Positions 40,527 to 51,397 of a stretch of 64,000 nt of DNA are shown in pieces. Position numbers and translations under genes: made by a program. This DNA comes from a bacterium (GTDB lineage Bacteria > UBA8248 > JACPRG01 > G963555815). Position 1 is the first letter of the stretch; each line of letters starts with the position of its first letter. The DNA is taken from contig OZ244653.1 in NCBI GenBank assembly GCA_965218795.1, positions 1,952,001-2,016,000 of the forward strand, in the 5' to 3' direction. The notes beneath the pieces are model-generated. The model was given only the letters and a program-made list of their open reading frames with translations, was not told the DNA's origin and did not search any database.

Positions 40527-41180
40527 ATGGATAGCAAGGCCTTTGCAAAGCACATCCTGGCGAAATTAGACAAGAACGCCGAGAAGCTGAGGCGGGACGT
40601 GTTTGCGAAGACCACTCGCCTATCGAACAAAGAGATGATCGCCTTCTTTCAATCCAGGTCGTGGGCGGAGTACGTTCTCGGCATCTACGTTCCCGCGAAG
40701 CTGATCACCATGCTTCCGGAACGGGACATGGACATCAAGATGGACCTCACCCAGCAGATGATAGACGAATTCCACCACTACCAAGTGTTCCGGAAACTCG
40801 TGGAGGAACGGGGAGGGACGAGCGACATCCTTCAGTATAAGCCCGGACCGATTCACCTGGGCATCCTGGAAAGGTCCATCAACCATGACAACCCCGCCTA
40901 CATCGCCGCCTCAAACAACCTGGTGGGCGAGTACATGTTGACCAGCTTTCTGGAGCACATGAATACCTTGCTCGATCCGAACATTGCCAAGGTGATCGAA
41001 GAGGAAGTCATTCTGCACGAGGGCAACCACGTCCGAAACGGACACCGGATCCTGGAGCGGTACGCCACCACCGAGAAGATTCAGCAAACGGTGGAAGAGA
41101 TCGTCGACGATCGCTTCGGTCACCTCTACACCCACTACCGGCACCCCTACTTTGAGTTCATCGCGCCCGAATATGTCTGA
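40527..41180 (+). CDS. Ferritin-like diiron-carboxylate protein
   Basis: E...DEFHH...GE...HEGNH diiron ligand pattern; AAGGAG RBS. Confidence 0.8.
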   Translation: MDSKAFAKHILAKLDKNAEKLRRDVFAKTTRLSNKEMIAFFQSRSWAEYVLGIYVPAKLITMLPERDMDIKMDLTQQMIDEFHHYQVFRKLVEERGGTSDILQYKPGPIHLGILERSINHDNPAYIAASNNLVGEYMLTSFLEHMNTLLDPNIAKVIEEEVILHEGNHVRNGHRILERYATTEKIQQTVEEIVDDRFGHLYTHYRHPYFEFIAPEYV

Positions 41181-41324
41181 GGTGTCGATCGGTCGAACCC
41201 GGCTGGCTTCCCCGGGATTCGGATTGATGGTGGCAGGAATTCCATCGGGACCGGAACCCCGACCGTCCCTTGGTATCGGGATGAGGAGAGCGTTCCGCAC
41301 GACCACCTGACGGGAGACGAGTGC

Positions 41325-42191
41325 ATGAGGGTCCGCATCGCGGCGGTTCAGCCCCGCAGCCATCCAGGGGATGACGAAGAGAAAAACGTGGAGGTTGCCC
41401 TCTCTGCAATCCGCGCGGCTGCGGACCGGGGCGCCCAGATTGTCTGCCTGCCCGAGGGATACCCGGGCCCCTGGCTGGGGAGGCAAACCTTCCCGTCTCT
41501 GGAGCCGCTTGGAGACGAGGCGAAACGGAGCGGCATGTACGTCGTCGCCGGTCTGGCCGAGGAGGCGGAACGGCCCAATCACTTTTTCACGACAGAGGTC
41601 CTGATCGGACCCAACGGGGAAGAGGTCGGCCGCTATCGCCGCGTTCAGGCGGCGCCCCAAGCGGTCTATGACGGCCTCACGCCGGGGAAGGTCATGGGGT
41701 TCGGCCGAATCGGGGGAGATGATCTTCCGGTCTTCGAAACCGAACTCGGCAACATCGGGATTCTCGCCTGCTCGGAGCTCTACTGCCCCGAACTCTGCCG
41801 GATCCTGGCCCTGAGGGGGGCGGACATCGTGTTTTTTCCGGTCGGGGGCGTCCTCTGCGAGCTATTTGAGACGTGGAAGACTCTCCTCTGGGCGAGGGCC
41901 ATCGAAAACCTCGTGTACACGGTGAGCTGCCAGCACATCTTCGGGAAGGAACGCGGCATCGCCCGGATCACCTCGCCGGAGGAAGTCCTCGGAGCCCTCG
42001 AAGAGGAAGGCATCCTGGTTTGCGAGGTGGACCTCAGCCGGTTGGCTTGGCTGCGCGAACACGACGAGGGCCTCGTCCTGCCCAAACCCTACAAGAGCCT
42101 CCCCGGACTGTTGCGGTGGAGGCGGCCCGAGCTTTACGGCGAATTGGTCGAGGCGACTTCCGGTCAGCCCACGCCATCACTCAGCACCTAG
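41325..42191 (+). CDS. Carbon-nitrogen hydrolase (nitrilase superfamily)
   Basis: IAAVQ, CLPEG, GRYRRVQ, GILACSE, ARAIEN. Confidence 0.9.
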   Translation: MRVRIAAVQPRSHPGDDEEKNVEVALSAIRAAADRGAQIVCLPEGYPGPWLGRQTFPSLEPLGDEAKRSGMYVVAGLAEEAERPNHFFTTEVLIGPNGEEVGRYRRVQAAPQAVYDGLTPGKVMGFGRIGGDDLPVFETELGNIGILACSELYCPELCRILALRGADIVFFPVGGVLCELFETWKTLLWARAIENLVYTVSCQHIFGKERGIARITSPEEVLGALEEEGILVCEVDLSRLAWLREHDEGLVLPKPYKSLPGLLRWRRPELYGELVEATSGQPTPSLST

Positions 42192-42203
42192 AAGGGAAAA
42201 GCC

Positions 42204-43886
42204 ATGAGCCTGGATCTTATCCTCAGCGAGGGTCGCATTCTCACCATGGACCCAGAGAATCGGGTGGCGGAGGCCCTGGCCGTGGAGAACGGACGCATTG
42301 TCCAGGTCGGGACCGACACGGACATCCGGGCGCTGGACAACGGGAACGTCCGCCACATCCGTCTGGGCGAGAGGACGGTCGTTCCCGGATTTGTCGATGC
42401 GCACCTGCATATCGACTCCAAAGGCGCGCCCAACACCAACCGAAGGCAGATGCGGCTCCGGAGCCTTCAGGCCATGATGGAAAAGCTCCGGGAACTGGCG
42501 GCCGCGACCCCCCCGGACAGCATTATCAACGTCCCCATGCTGGCCCCCCGGCACCTCATCGAGGAGCAGGCGTATCCCACGCGGTGGGATCTGGACGAGG
42601 TCGCGCCCGATCACCGGGTCATCATCCGCGGAGGCTGGGGGAACAACCGGTTCGATTTTGTCGTCAACAGCCGGGTCCTGAAGGCCGCCGGCATCGACCG
42701 GGATACCGCGTCGCCCCCGGGGGGCGTCATTGAGAAGGACGGAAGGGGAGAGGCCACGGGCCTCCTACGCCTCAATGCGATCGAGCTCCTTCCCCCCTGG
42801 TGCTTCGACACGCCGGAATTTCTTCAGCTCTATCCCCGCGAGACGGCCCTGGAATACATCGATCAGGGGATCCGGGAAGCTCTGATGGAGGGAGTCACGA
42901 CCATCGGGGCGACGCGTGAGAACGCCAAGACGATGTGGGCGTATCAGGAGCTACGCAGCCGGGGCGGACTGCCCGTGCGCATCTCGACGTACATGACCAC
43001 CTTCGGTTACACCAGTCGGATCCACAAGGTCCCCACCCACACCCAAGAGATGAGCAAGCTCGGGATCCAATCGGGATTTGGGGACGACCGGCTCAAGATC
43101 GCGGGCGTGAAGTTCTATATCGATGGATACGAATGCGACCATCTTCCCCTGGCTCCTTTCGCCGCCCCGGAATACCCCGAGCTGCAGGGGAATGACTACT
43201 GGCTCTCGATCCCTGCCCCTGACCCCCGGGACCTCCGGGCGGCCGTCCACGCGGCCCATATCGCGGGCTTACAGGTCGCGGGCCACTGCATCGGGGACCG
43301 CGCCATCGAGCTCTTTCTGGACGCCCTGGAATGGGCGCTCCTTCGCGATCCGAAGCCGGACCACCGTCACCGCATCGAGCATCCTGTGATCTGCTCGCCC
43401 CGCATCGTGGACCGCATGGCCCGGCTGCGGGTCATCGCCGTGATGATTCCATCCATCATCGGTCTCATGGGCCCCACCCTCATCCACAACAACAGTCCCG
43501 AACGGATGGGTTGGATGTACCCAGCCCGGGAGTGGCAGAAGGCGGGGGTGCATCTTGCCATGGGAACCGACCTCGTGACGAACGTTCAGACGCACATCTA
43601 CCACGCCGTCACGCGAACCATGGAGAACGGGGAAGTCGCCAACTCAGACCAGTGCATCGAACCCCTGGACGCCTTGCGCGCCTTCACCATCGATGCGGCC
43701 TATGCCCTGCGGGAGGAGGACAATCGCGGATCCATCGAGCCCGGCAAATACGCGGACCTGGCGATCCTCCCGGAGGACCCGCTCCAGATCGACAGGGAGA
43801 AGCTGAAAGACCTTCCGGTACAGGCCACCGTTTTGGAGGGGAAACCGACCTACGACCCGGAGGGCCTCTTGGACGGTCGGGGATGA
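42204..43886 (+). CDS. YtcJ-like amidohydrolase (amidohydrolase 3)
   Basis: PGFVDAHLH, GVKFYIDG, HCIGDRA, RIEH, GTD, GSIEPGKYADL. Confidence 0.92.
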   Translation: MSLDLILSEGRILTMDPENRVAEALAVENGRIVQVGTDTDIRALDNGNVRHIRLGERTVVPGFVDAHLHIDSKGAPNTNRRQMRLRSLQAMMEKLRELAAATPPDSIINVPMLAPRHLIEEQAYPTRWDLDEVAPDHRVIIRGGWGNNRFDFVVNSRVLKAAGIDRDTASPPGGVIEKDGRGEATGLLRLNAIELLPPWCFDTPEFLQLYPRETALEYIDQGIREALMEGVTTIGATRENAKTMWAYQELRSRGGLPVRISTYMTTFGYTSRIHKVPTHTQEMSKLGIQSGFGDDRLKIAGVKFYIDGYECDHLPLAPFAAPEYPELQGNDYWLSIPAPDPRDLRAAVHAAHIAGLQVAGHCIGDRAIELFLDALEWALLRDPKPDHRHRIEHPVICSPRIVDRMARLRVIAVMIPSIIGLMGPTLIHNNSPERMGWMYPAREWQKAGVHLAMGTDLVTNVQTHIYHAVTRTMENGEVANSDQCIEPLDALRAFTIDAAYALREEDNRGSIEPGKYADLAILPEDPLQIDREKLKDLPVQATVLEGKPTYDPEGLLDGRG

Positions 43887-44113
43887 GCGGCCCGCCCAAT
43901 CCGACGCGCAACTGGAAAGAGGGCCTAATACACCTTCTTCGGCAGGGCCCAGCCCGCCGTGAAGCCGCTGGCTTCCTCGTTCTTCGTTGAAGCGGTGGTG
44001 GACCTGCAGACCACTTTCACGCCGCCCTTCACTGTGGAGAAGCCGCTAGGGAGAACCCTGGGGGGGAGGGTTAAGTCGCCATCGTCCATCTTGGTTTGGG
44101 AATGTCGGTATGC

Positions 44114-45392
44114 AGAAATGGACCCCGATTTTTGGACAGTCCTCTAAGTGTACTCTGCCCCCAGTGGAACACGTGTTTCATGCAGCGTCGGGCCACGAGC
44201 GCTCGCCGGCATACACCGCGTCGGGGGTGCGGCGGTTGAGGCGTTGATGGCGCCGTTCGGCATTGTAGAACCGGAAGTAGCGAGCCAGAGCGGCTCTGGC
44301 AGCGGGCACCGTCTCGTAGGCGTGCAGATACACCTCCTCATATTTCACGCTGCACCACAGCCGCTCGATGAACACATTATCGACCCAGCGGCCCTTACCG
44401 TCCATGCTGATGGCTACCTCATGGGCCGTGAGCACCTCGGTGAAGGCCGAAGTGGTGAACTGGGCACCCTGGTCGGTGTTGAAAATCTCCGGGTTTCCAA
44501 AGCGCCCGAGTGCCTCCTCAAGCGCTTGGACGCAGAACTCGCTATCCAGGGTATTGGACAGTTGCCAAGCGAGCACCTTGCGGCTGTACCAGTCCATGAT
44601 GGCGACCAGGTACAGGAATCCCCGGGCCATCGGGATGTAGCAGATGTCGGCCGCCCAGACCTGGTTGGGCCGTTCAATGGTAAGGTTCCTGAGCCGATAC
44701 GGATAGACCTTGTGACCCTGGCCCGGTCGGCTCGTTCGCACCCGTGGATACAGCGCCCTGAGCCCCATCAGGCGCATCAGACGCTGGACTCGCTTGCGGC
44801 TGACCCGCTGCCCCCGGTCCTCGAGCCAGTCGCGAAGCCGGCGGCTGCCGTAAAACGGGTACTGAAGATGAACCTCGTCGATCAGGCCCATCAGCGCCAG
44901 GTCCTTCTCCGAGATTGGCGCCCCCTGGGAATACGCCGTGGAGCGCGCCAACTCCAGTAGCTCGCACTGGCGCGTCACCGGCAATGATTGTCCTCGCTCG
45001 ACCATGGCCTTGCGCTCACCCCGGCTCAGGGACCGAGCTTTTCGGATAAAAAATCCCGTTCCATCGTCAACTGCCCGATCTTGGCATGCAGCTCCTTGAG
45101 CTGGTGCTCCGTGTCGCCCTCGCGCCGCCCACCTGGCTCAAACACCGCCTCAGCGCGGTTGACCAATTGGCTGCGCCAACCCTGGATCTGATTGGGGTGT
45201 ACATCATAGTGCTCGGCCAACTCCGCCAGCGTCTTGTCGCCCCGGGCCGCCGACAGGGCCACCTTCGCCTTGAACGCCGCCGAATGATTCCTCCGCTTTC
45301 GTCTCATCTTCTGCTCCTCTCCCCCCTTCATTACCTTGGCAGAAGACACTTAGCAAATCTCCTCCTCTGTCCAACCAATTGGGGCCACCTCT
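44114..45392 (-). mobile_element. IS3 family element, apparently complete
   Basis: orfA HSAAFKAKVAL; orfB WAADI, NTDQGAQFT, DGKGRWVDN; TIRs; 3-bp TGC duplication. Confidence 0.92.
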
Positions 45393-45580
45393 TGCACCAT
45401 TTGGAGGGCTCGCGCCGATCAGGTCCTGACCTGCCTCCTCAAGCCTTCCAAAAGTCAATCGTCAAGTAGGGTGTCCCCAGAATCCCCGGATGAGCGTCGC
45501 TCTGGTCGAGCGTCTGTGCGGCCACCGTCGGCATCGAGAAAGGTCGATGCACGGCCCTTAACCCCCTTAGATGTATCAAG

Positions 45581-45736
45581 CCGTTCTCATCGGCCGTGAA
45601 ACCCTATTATTCCATTGATATTATTGGAAAATATGCACTGTTCCCGTTCTCGTCCGGAAACTGTCTTCTACAGTCCGTAATCAAAATGAAAGCGGATTCG
45701 TTAAAACTCCTGCGCATCTCGGCGAGTCCCTGTCGG
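45581..45736. repeat. ~155 bp dispersed non-coding element, copy 2
   Basis: Homologous to 21527-21681. Confidence 0.85.
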
Positions 45737-45812
45737 GCCGAGTAGGCGGGGGCATTGCTGCGCCCCGCCCCTCACAGAGCCGAGCGTGCGCGATTGACGC
45801 ACTCGGTTCCTC
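45737..45812 (-). ncRNA. Group II intron 3' end (domains V-VI) remnant
   Basis: GAACCGAGTGCGTCAATCGCGCACGCTCGGCTCTGTGAGGGGCGGGG...CCCGCCTACTCGGC. Confidence 0.8.
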
Positions 45813-45991
45813 ACCTGACAGGTTCGCTCAAGAAGGTTGTCCTTGATCCGCAGGTCGAGGAGTGTCCGGAGGTGGGAACCGTTCCGGATGTCTCCTCGCC
45901 TGTTCGGCTTGGCGACATTCCGTCTCGCGCAGCAGCACCGGCAACGCGAGAGCTTGTGCCCCGGTCGGTCCAAGCATCAAGATGTGGGCAA

Positions 45992-46255
45992 GTGCGCTGT
46001 GTAGACTGACTTAGGAGGAGAACATGAAGTAATCCAAGCACTTGGCCGTGCCGATTCGACCGGTGGCTGAAACGCCGCCACGCCCGGCAAAGGGTGCCGA
46101 GCGGAAAGGGGGTCGCCAAGCTCCGCCGGTTTCCGACGGCGGGACGAGAAAGCCGTGATCTGAAGTGTACCGGCGCGAGCCGTTGCTCGCGGGTCGGGCC
46201 ACCACGGGACCTATGGCGAGATACGAGCGAAGCATGTGTCGTAAGCCTCTTCATT
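45992..46255 (+). ncRNA. Probable group II intron 5' fragment (domain I), no RT
   Basis: Begins GTGCG; stem-rich; AGGAG..AACATGAAGTAA resembles IIB intron 5' ends (from memory). Confidence 0.5.
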
Positions 46256-46354
46256 TACTCTTGGACCCTCAATGGCCCGACAAGGCGGAGGGATGCGCAT
46301 TTGGCCAAGGATTTGGGCGTCGACGTGCGTCAAACTTCTGAAGAAGGGAGCGAC

Positions 46355-46918
46355 GTGGATGATGGCGCCTCTATGAGTGCGGAGACGGACGGTGCGTTGG
46401 CCAGACGGTCGGCTGCGGGCGACCGGGATGCGTTCGCCACGCTTCTGGAGCGCCACTACGAGCGGATCTACCGCGTCGGTGCGCGCGTGCTCGGCAACGA
46501 CGAAGAGGCCGCCGATCTTGCACAGGATGTCTGCGTCGGATTGATCGGCAAGCTCCCGTCCTACCGAGGCGAGAGCCAGTTCACGACCTGGCTCTACCGG
46601 GTGGTGGTCAATGCCGCGCGGGACAGGCTGCGACGCGATGGCGCAATGCGACGCAACGAACAGGACTTCGCGGAGATCGATTCCATGATCAAGGCTGGGC
46701 GGGCCGAGCGAGAGAGCGAGGCCATCAGGCTCCGGCAGGTGCTGGGCGCGCTTGGCGCCGATCTGCGCGCGACCGTGATTCTCGTGATCGAGGAGGGGTT
46801 GCGGCACGCGGAAGCCGCCGAAGTCCTGGGTGTGTCGGAATCGACCGTATCGTGGCGGATGCATGAGGTGCGCAATCGCCTGCGCACCCTGCTGACCGGC
46901 GGGGGGGTATTGCCGTGA
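46355..46918 (+). CDS. ECF RNA polymerase sigma factor
   Basis: GDRDAFATLLERH, DLAQD, FTTWLYRVVVN, EAAEVLGVSESTVSWRMH. Confidence 0.92.
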   Translation: MDDGASMSAETDGALARRSAAGDRDAFATLLERHYERIYRVGARVLGNDEEAADLAQDVCVGLIGKLPSYRGESQFTTWLYRVVVNAARDRLRRDGAMRRNEQDFAEIDSMIKAGRAERESEAIRLRQVLGALGADLRATVILVIEEGLRHAEAAEVLGVSESTVSWRMHEVRNRLRTLLTGGGVLP

Positions 46919-48867
46919 ACGACGAACTCGAGAGGCTGAAGTCGGCGCTTGGCGCCAACGCGCCGCGGTCATCGGCGCGAGATCGCGATCGCGCGATCGC
47001 CGCGGCAATGGCCGCTTTCGACCGGCGCCACCAAGGAATTCGGGACGGGCAACGTCAGAAAAGGCATGTAACGGAACGCGGTACATCCTGGCTGAGGAGG
47101 ATCTCGATGCCCTTGTCACGACGTCTCTATCTGGCGGTTGCCGGCGCCGCTGCCGTTCTCATCATCGCCGTCGGGATCGGCTACCTGACCTTCCTGGTTC
47201 CCTCACCGGGCAATCTCGCGACAGACACGGTGTCCGCGAAACGGGATACCGATCTCAGGAAGCGGTCGTTGAAGCTGAGTACAGATCAGAAAGCACCCGC
47301 CGCCGAAATGAGCCGCGAGGCAGCAAAAAACCTCCCGCGCTCCCTGTCCGCGCCCGCTCCGCCTCCCAGTGCGGCGCGGGTCAGATCGGCCGCACGCGAA
47401 CCGTCCTCTTTCCCTTACCCCGACCAGGGCCGGGACCGCTTCGTCCCGTTCGACACGAACCCGGTCAAGGTCGCCTCCGAGGATCCGGTATCCACCTTCT
47501 CGATCGACGTGGACACGGCGTCCTACGGTTTCATGCGGGCCTCGCTCAACCGAGGCGTGCTGCCGCCGCGGAACGCGGTGCGGACAGAGGAGCTGATCAA
47601 CTACTTCCCCTACGGCTACGCGCCGCCCGAGAATCCTGAAACGCCGTTCGCCGTACACGCTTCCCTGATGCCGACGCCGTGGAACGGAGCGACGCAGCTG
47701 ATGCATATCGGCATCAAGGGGTATGTTCCGGCCCGGGAGTCGCGTCCGCGCGCGAACCTGGTGTTCCTGATCGACACCTCCGGCTCGATGCGCGCGCCGA
47801 ACAAGCTGCCGCTGCTGAAGAACTCGTTGAAGCTGCTGCTGGGCGCGCTGGCGCCGGACGACAGGGTGGCCATCATCACGTATGCGGGCTCCGCCGGTAC
47901 GGTGCTCGCACCGACCAGGGTGGCCGAGCGCGCCAGGATCGCGGCCGCTCTCGAGCGCCTCGGTGCAGGCGGGTCGACGGCGGGCGCCGAGGGGATACGG
48001 CAGGCCTATCTGCTGGCCGAACAGCATTTCGTCGAGCGCGGCATCAACCGCGTGATCCTCGCCACGGACGGGGATTTCAATGTCGGCGTCACCGACCCGG
48101 AGGAACTGGAAGGCTATGTCGCGCGCAAGCGCGCCGGCGGCGTGTTTCTCTCGGTTCTCGGCTTCGGCATGGGCAACTACAACGACGCGCTGATGCAGCG
48201 CCTGGCGCAGAACGGGAACGGCAACGCCGCCTATATCGACAGCCTGTCGGAGGCGCGAAAAGTGCTGGTCGACGAGGCCACCTCGACGCTCTTCCCCATT
48301 GCCAAGGACGTGAAGATCCAGGTCGAGTTCAACCCGGCGCTAATCAGCGAGTATCGGCTGATCGGCTACGAGACGCGGATGCTCAAGCGTGAGGATTTCC
48401 GCAACGACAAGGTGGACGCAGGCGAGATCGGCGCGGGCCACACGGTGACCGCTCTCTACGAGATCACGCTTGCAAGCTCGGGCGCCGAACTGACCGCACC
48501 GCTTCGGTATGGGCGCAAGACGGCAAAACGGCAGGGCGGTTTCGACAATGAATTCGCGACCATATCCATCCGCTACAAGAAGCCCGACGCCGAATCAAGC
48601 GCGCTGATCGCCCAACAGGTCACGTCGGCCAACGCGTTCGAGAACGCCGACAGTGCGCCGCGGGACGTCCGTTTCGCCGCCGCGGTCGCCGCGTTCGGCC
48701 AGCTCCTGCGCGGCGGCCGCTACACCGGAAACTACGGCTATGACGACATTGTCTCCGCCGCCCAAGCTGCCAAGGGCGAAGATCCGTTCGGCTACCGGGC
48801 GGAGTTCATCGGCCTCGTCCGCTTGGCCAAGACCGCCTCTGCGATGGAACCGTTGCGTCAGCCCTAG
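46915..48867 (+). CDS. YfbK-like vWA domain membrane protein (putative anti-sigma)
   Basis: Single TM helix, STFSIDVDTASY, LIDTSGSM MIDAS, LATDGDFNVG, YRLIGYE, DAGEIGAGH; overlaps sigma stop. Confidence 0.88.
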   Translation: MNDELERLKSALGANAPRSSARDRDRAIAAAMAAFDRRHQGIRDGQRQKRHVTERGTSWLRRISMPLSRRLYLAVAGAAAVLIIAVGIGYLTFLVPSPGNLATDTVSAKRDTDLRKRSLKLSTDQKAPAAEMSREAAKNLPRSLSAPAPPPSAARVRSAAREPSSFPYPDQGRDRFVPFDTNPVKVASEDPVSTFSIDVDTASYGFMRASLNRGVLPPRNAVRTEELINYFPYGYAPPENPETPFAVHASLMPTPWNGATQLMHIGIKGYVPARESRPRANLVFLIDTSGSMRAPNKLPLLKNSLKLLLGALAPDDRVAIITYAGSAGTVLAPTRVAERARIAAALERLGAGGSTAGAEGIRQAYLLAEQHFVERGINRVILATDGDFNVGVTDPEELEGYVARKRAGGVFLSVLGFGMGNYNDALMQRLAQNGNGNAAYIDSLSEARKVLVDEATSTLFPIAKDVKIQVEFNPALISEYRLIGYETRMLKREDFRNDKVDAGEIGAGHTVTALYEITLASSGAELTAPLRYGRKTAKRQGGFDNEFATISIRYKKPDAESSALIAQQVTSANAFENADSAPRDVRFAAAVAAFGQLLRGGRYTGNYGYDDIVSAAQAAKGEDPFGYRAEFIGLVRLAKTASAMEPLRQP

Positions 48868-48884
48868 AGACGCTCTTCGGAATG

Positions 48885-49165
48885 GGCTGTTGACGAGCAT
48901 GCAGTTCTCTCGGCCAGGTAAGCCGACCGACAATACGTTCATCGAATCGTTCAACGGCACGCCGCGGGACGAATGCCTGAATGTGCAATGGTTCGACGAT
49001 TTGACGGACGCACGGAGGAAGTTGCAAGCTTGGCAGCGAGCGTACAATGAGACTCGACCTCACCGGTCTCTCAATGAACTCTCTCCCCAGGAATTCAAGG
49101 CCCTTTGGGCCCAACAACGTCAGAAATTTACTGACTGGGTGGACCAATAAATGGGGGTCCTTCAA
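48885..49165 (+). mobile_element. IS3 transposase 3' remnant
   Basis: PGKPTDNTFIESFNG..RDECLN, YNETRPH. Confidence 0.8.
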
Positions 49166-49259
49166 GGGTCCCATTTCTGACGTAGCAGGTGGTCTCGTTC
49201 GTGGGGGCAGATCAAATTCACGCTGAGCTGGTTTGTGTTGAAGCGTTGTCATTGGTCAT

Positions 49260-49570
49260 ACCGTATAAGGGCAGCTCTCGTGACTCCAGGGGATCACCCG
49301 GTCGTTCAGAAGATTGGCCGCGCAGATCGGCGTCTTGCGGTCATAGAGCTTGGCGAAGGCGACCTTCGAGTAGGTGTCGACGAAGGTCTGCTGGTCGATC
49401 TGCCCCACCCCATTCATGACGCCCACATAGAAGGTGTCCTAGGCCCCGCAATAGCCCGGATCCTCACTCTCGAAGGCACACTGTAGGCCTCCTTGTCCGC
49501 CTTCCCCTCTCCAGCGCCGCAACCTGAATCTTCGGTGAACACGAGGCCATCCTGCGCCGCCTTGGCCTAC
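49260..49570 (-). mobile_element. IS481 family transposase remnant
   Basis: DTFYVG...QQTFVDTYSKVAFAKLYDRKTP...LLNDRV with stops. Confidence 0.75.
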
Positions 49571-49986
49571 TGGCCACCAGAGGCCAGATTCTCAAGTTCC
49601 CAAGCCCTGGAGCCAGTCCCTCGGAGAACTGTACGGCAGAAGATCCCACTTATCAGACCCCGTTCACTGTCCAGCTCTTGGGGCCCAACTCTGGTTCTAC
49701 AACGATCCGGCCGCGCCCGCGTTTGCGAGTTATCCGCCCTTCGAGATCATCAAGTTGTGCTGCACGACCGGGGTCCAGAGAGTGGCCGCGATCAGCTCCG
49801 CGTTCTTGTCTCTCGTCTCAGCCTGTTGTGACTAAAGTCACTCCACGCAGACATTTTTCTTCGATCTCGTCCCCGACGGACCTGCGGATGGCGTTCAGCT
49901 TGCGAAGCTGGCCCATCATCAGGCTACTCTCGTCTGGTGCGTTGGAAGAAATCTGAGTCATGAGTTTTTCCTTCCGCAGGAGGTGT

Positions 49987-51397
49987 TGGAGTTACCCCGT
50001 TTCAGTGGACAGTTTATGGCTGTCGTCCCCAGCCCTGAGGTGGGCGACAGCCGGTGGACGTAAAGTCTTCTCCCTATCCGATAGATAGGGTGCCCCCGGG
50101 GGGTATGTCTTGACCTTTGGCTCGCCGCTCTGGGAAGCGCCGGGGACGGCTCGAGCCGGACGATGAGCGTTGCGCACTGCACGTGGCGTTTCCTTCGCCG
50201 CGGCGCGTTCGAAGTCGTTGGGGCTGAGGTAACCCAGGGCCGAATGACGACGGCGTGGGTTGTACCAGCCTTCGATGAATTGGAAGATCGCCATGCGCGC
50301 TTCGGCCTGGGTACGGAACGAGCGCCGGTCGATGAGCTCGCACTCCAGCGTGGCAAAGAAGCTCTCGGCCATGGCGTTGTCGAAGCAATCCCCGGCCGAC
50401 CCGGTCGAGGGAACCACCCCCATCTGGCGGCACCGCTTGCCGAAGGCGAGCGAAGTGTACTGCGATCCCCTGTCGGAGTGATGCACGACCCCGTCGGGGC
50501 GGCGCTGTCCCAACGCCATGTTCAGCGCCCCGAGCACCAGTTCGGTGCGAAGATGGTGGGTCATGGACCAGCCCACCGCCCGGCGGCTGAACACGTCGAG
50601 CACGATGGCCAGGTACACGAACCCCGTCCAGGTCGGCACGTAGGTCACGTCGGCCACCCAAAGCCGATCCGGCCCATCGGCCTGGAACTGGCGTTCGACC
50701 CGGTCCGGGACCACACAATGGCTCTGGTCCACGCGCGTAGTGCGCATACCTCGGCGTCGGCTCACCCCGGCCAACCCTGCCTCGCGCATCAGACGAGCCA
50801 CCCGTTTGCGGCTCACCCGGCAGCCGCCGGCCATCAGCTCGGCATGGACCCGAGGCGCCCCGTAGGTGCCACCAGATGCCTCGTGGATGGCCCGTATCGT
50901 GCCCCCCAACACCTCGTCGCGCTTCGCACGAGGAGAACGCCCACGGCCTCGCCACGCGTAGTACCCGCTGGGGGAGACGCCCAGCACCCGGCACATCGTG
51001 GCCACCCGATGATGGGCCTGATTCGCCTTCACGAGCTCGAGGACTTCGCCCGGACCGAGCCGGTCTCCCGAGCGAACCAAGCCGTAGCTTTTGCCAGTAT
51101 CTCGCGTTCTTCGCGAAGCTGACGAACCTCTCGACGAAGCCGTCGCAGCTCCTCAAGCTCGGCGCTTGTCAGACCATCCTCACGACGGCCTTCGTCCCGG
51201 TCGGCCTGACGCACCCAGTTGCGAATCGCCGAAGCGGAACACTCGAACTCCCGGGCCAGCTCCCCGGGCGTACGGCCCGAGCGAACCAGCTCGACCATCT
51301 GGCGCCGGTACTCCGGCGCGTAGGGTGAATGAGTTTTCGCCATCGGAACACCTCCTCCGCACAGTCTGAAGGTGTCCACTGAAACAGGTCAACTCCA
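49987..51397 (-). mobile_element. IS3 family element inserted into another IS3
   Basis: orf[11 protein letters not shown]; orfB WVADVT, HSDRGSQY, DNAMAESFF; TIRs TGGAGTT..GTGGACA. Confidence 0.92.

Noticed and set aside
43920-44100. Short minus-strand reading ending EEASGFTAGWALPKKVY
   Set aside because: Probably a gene scrap next to IS3; cannot be assigned
49660-49960. Small minus-strand gene MTQISSNAPD...GQLRKLNAIRRSVGDEI
   Set aside because: Interrupted by stops and no family recognised
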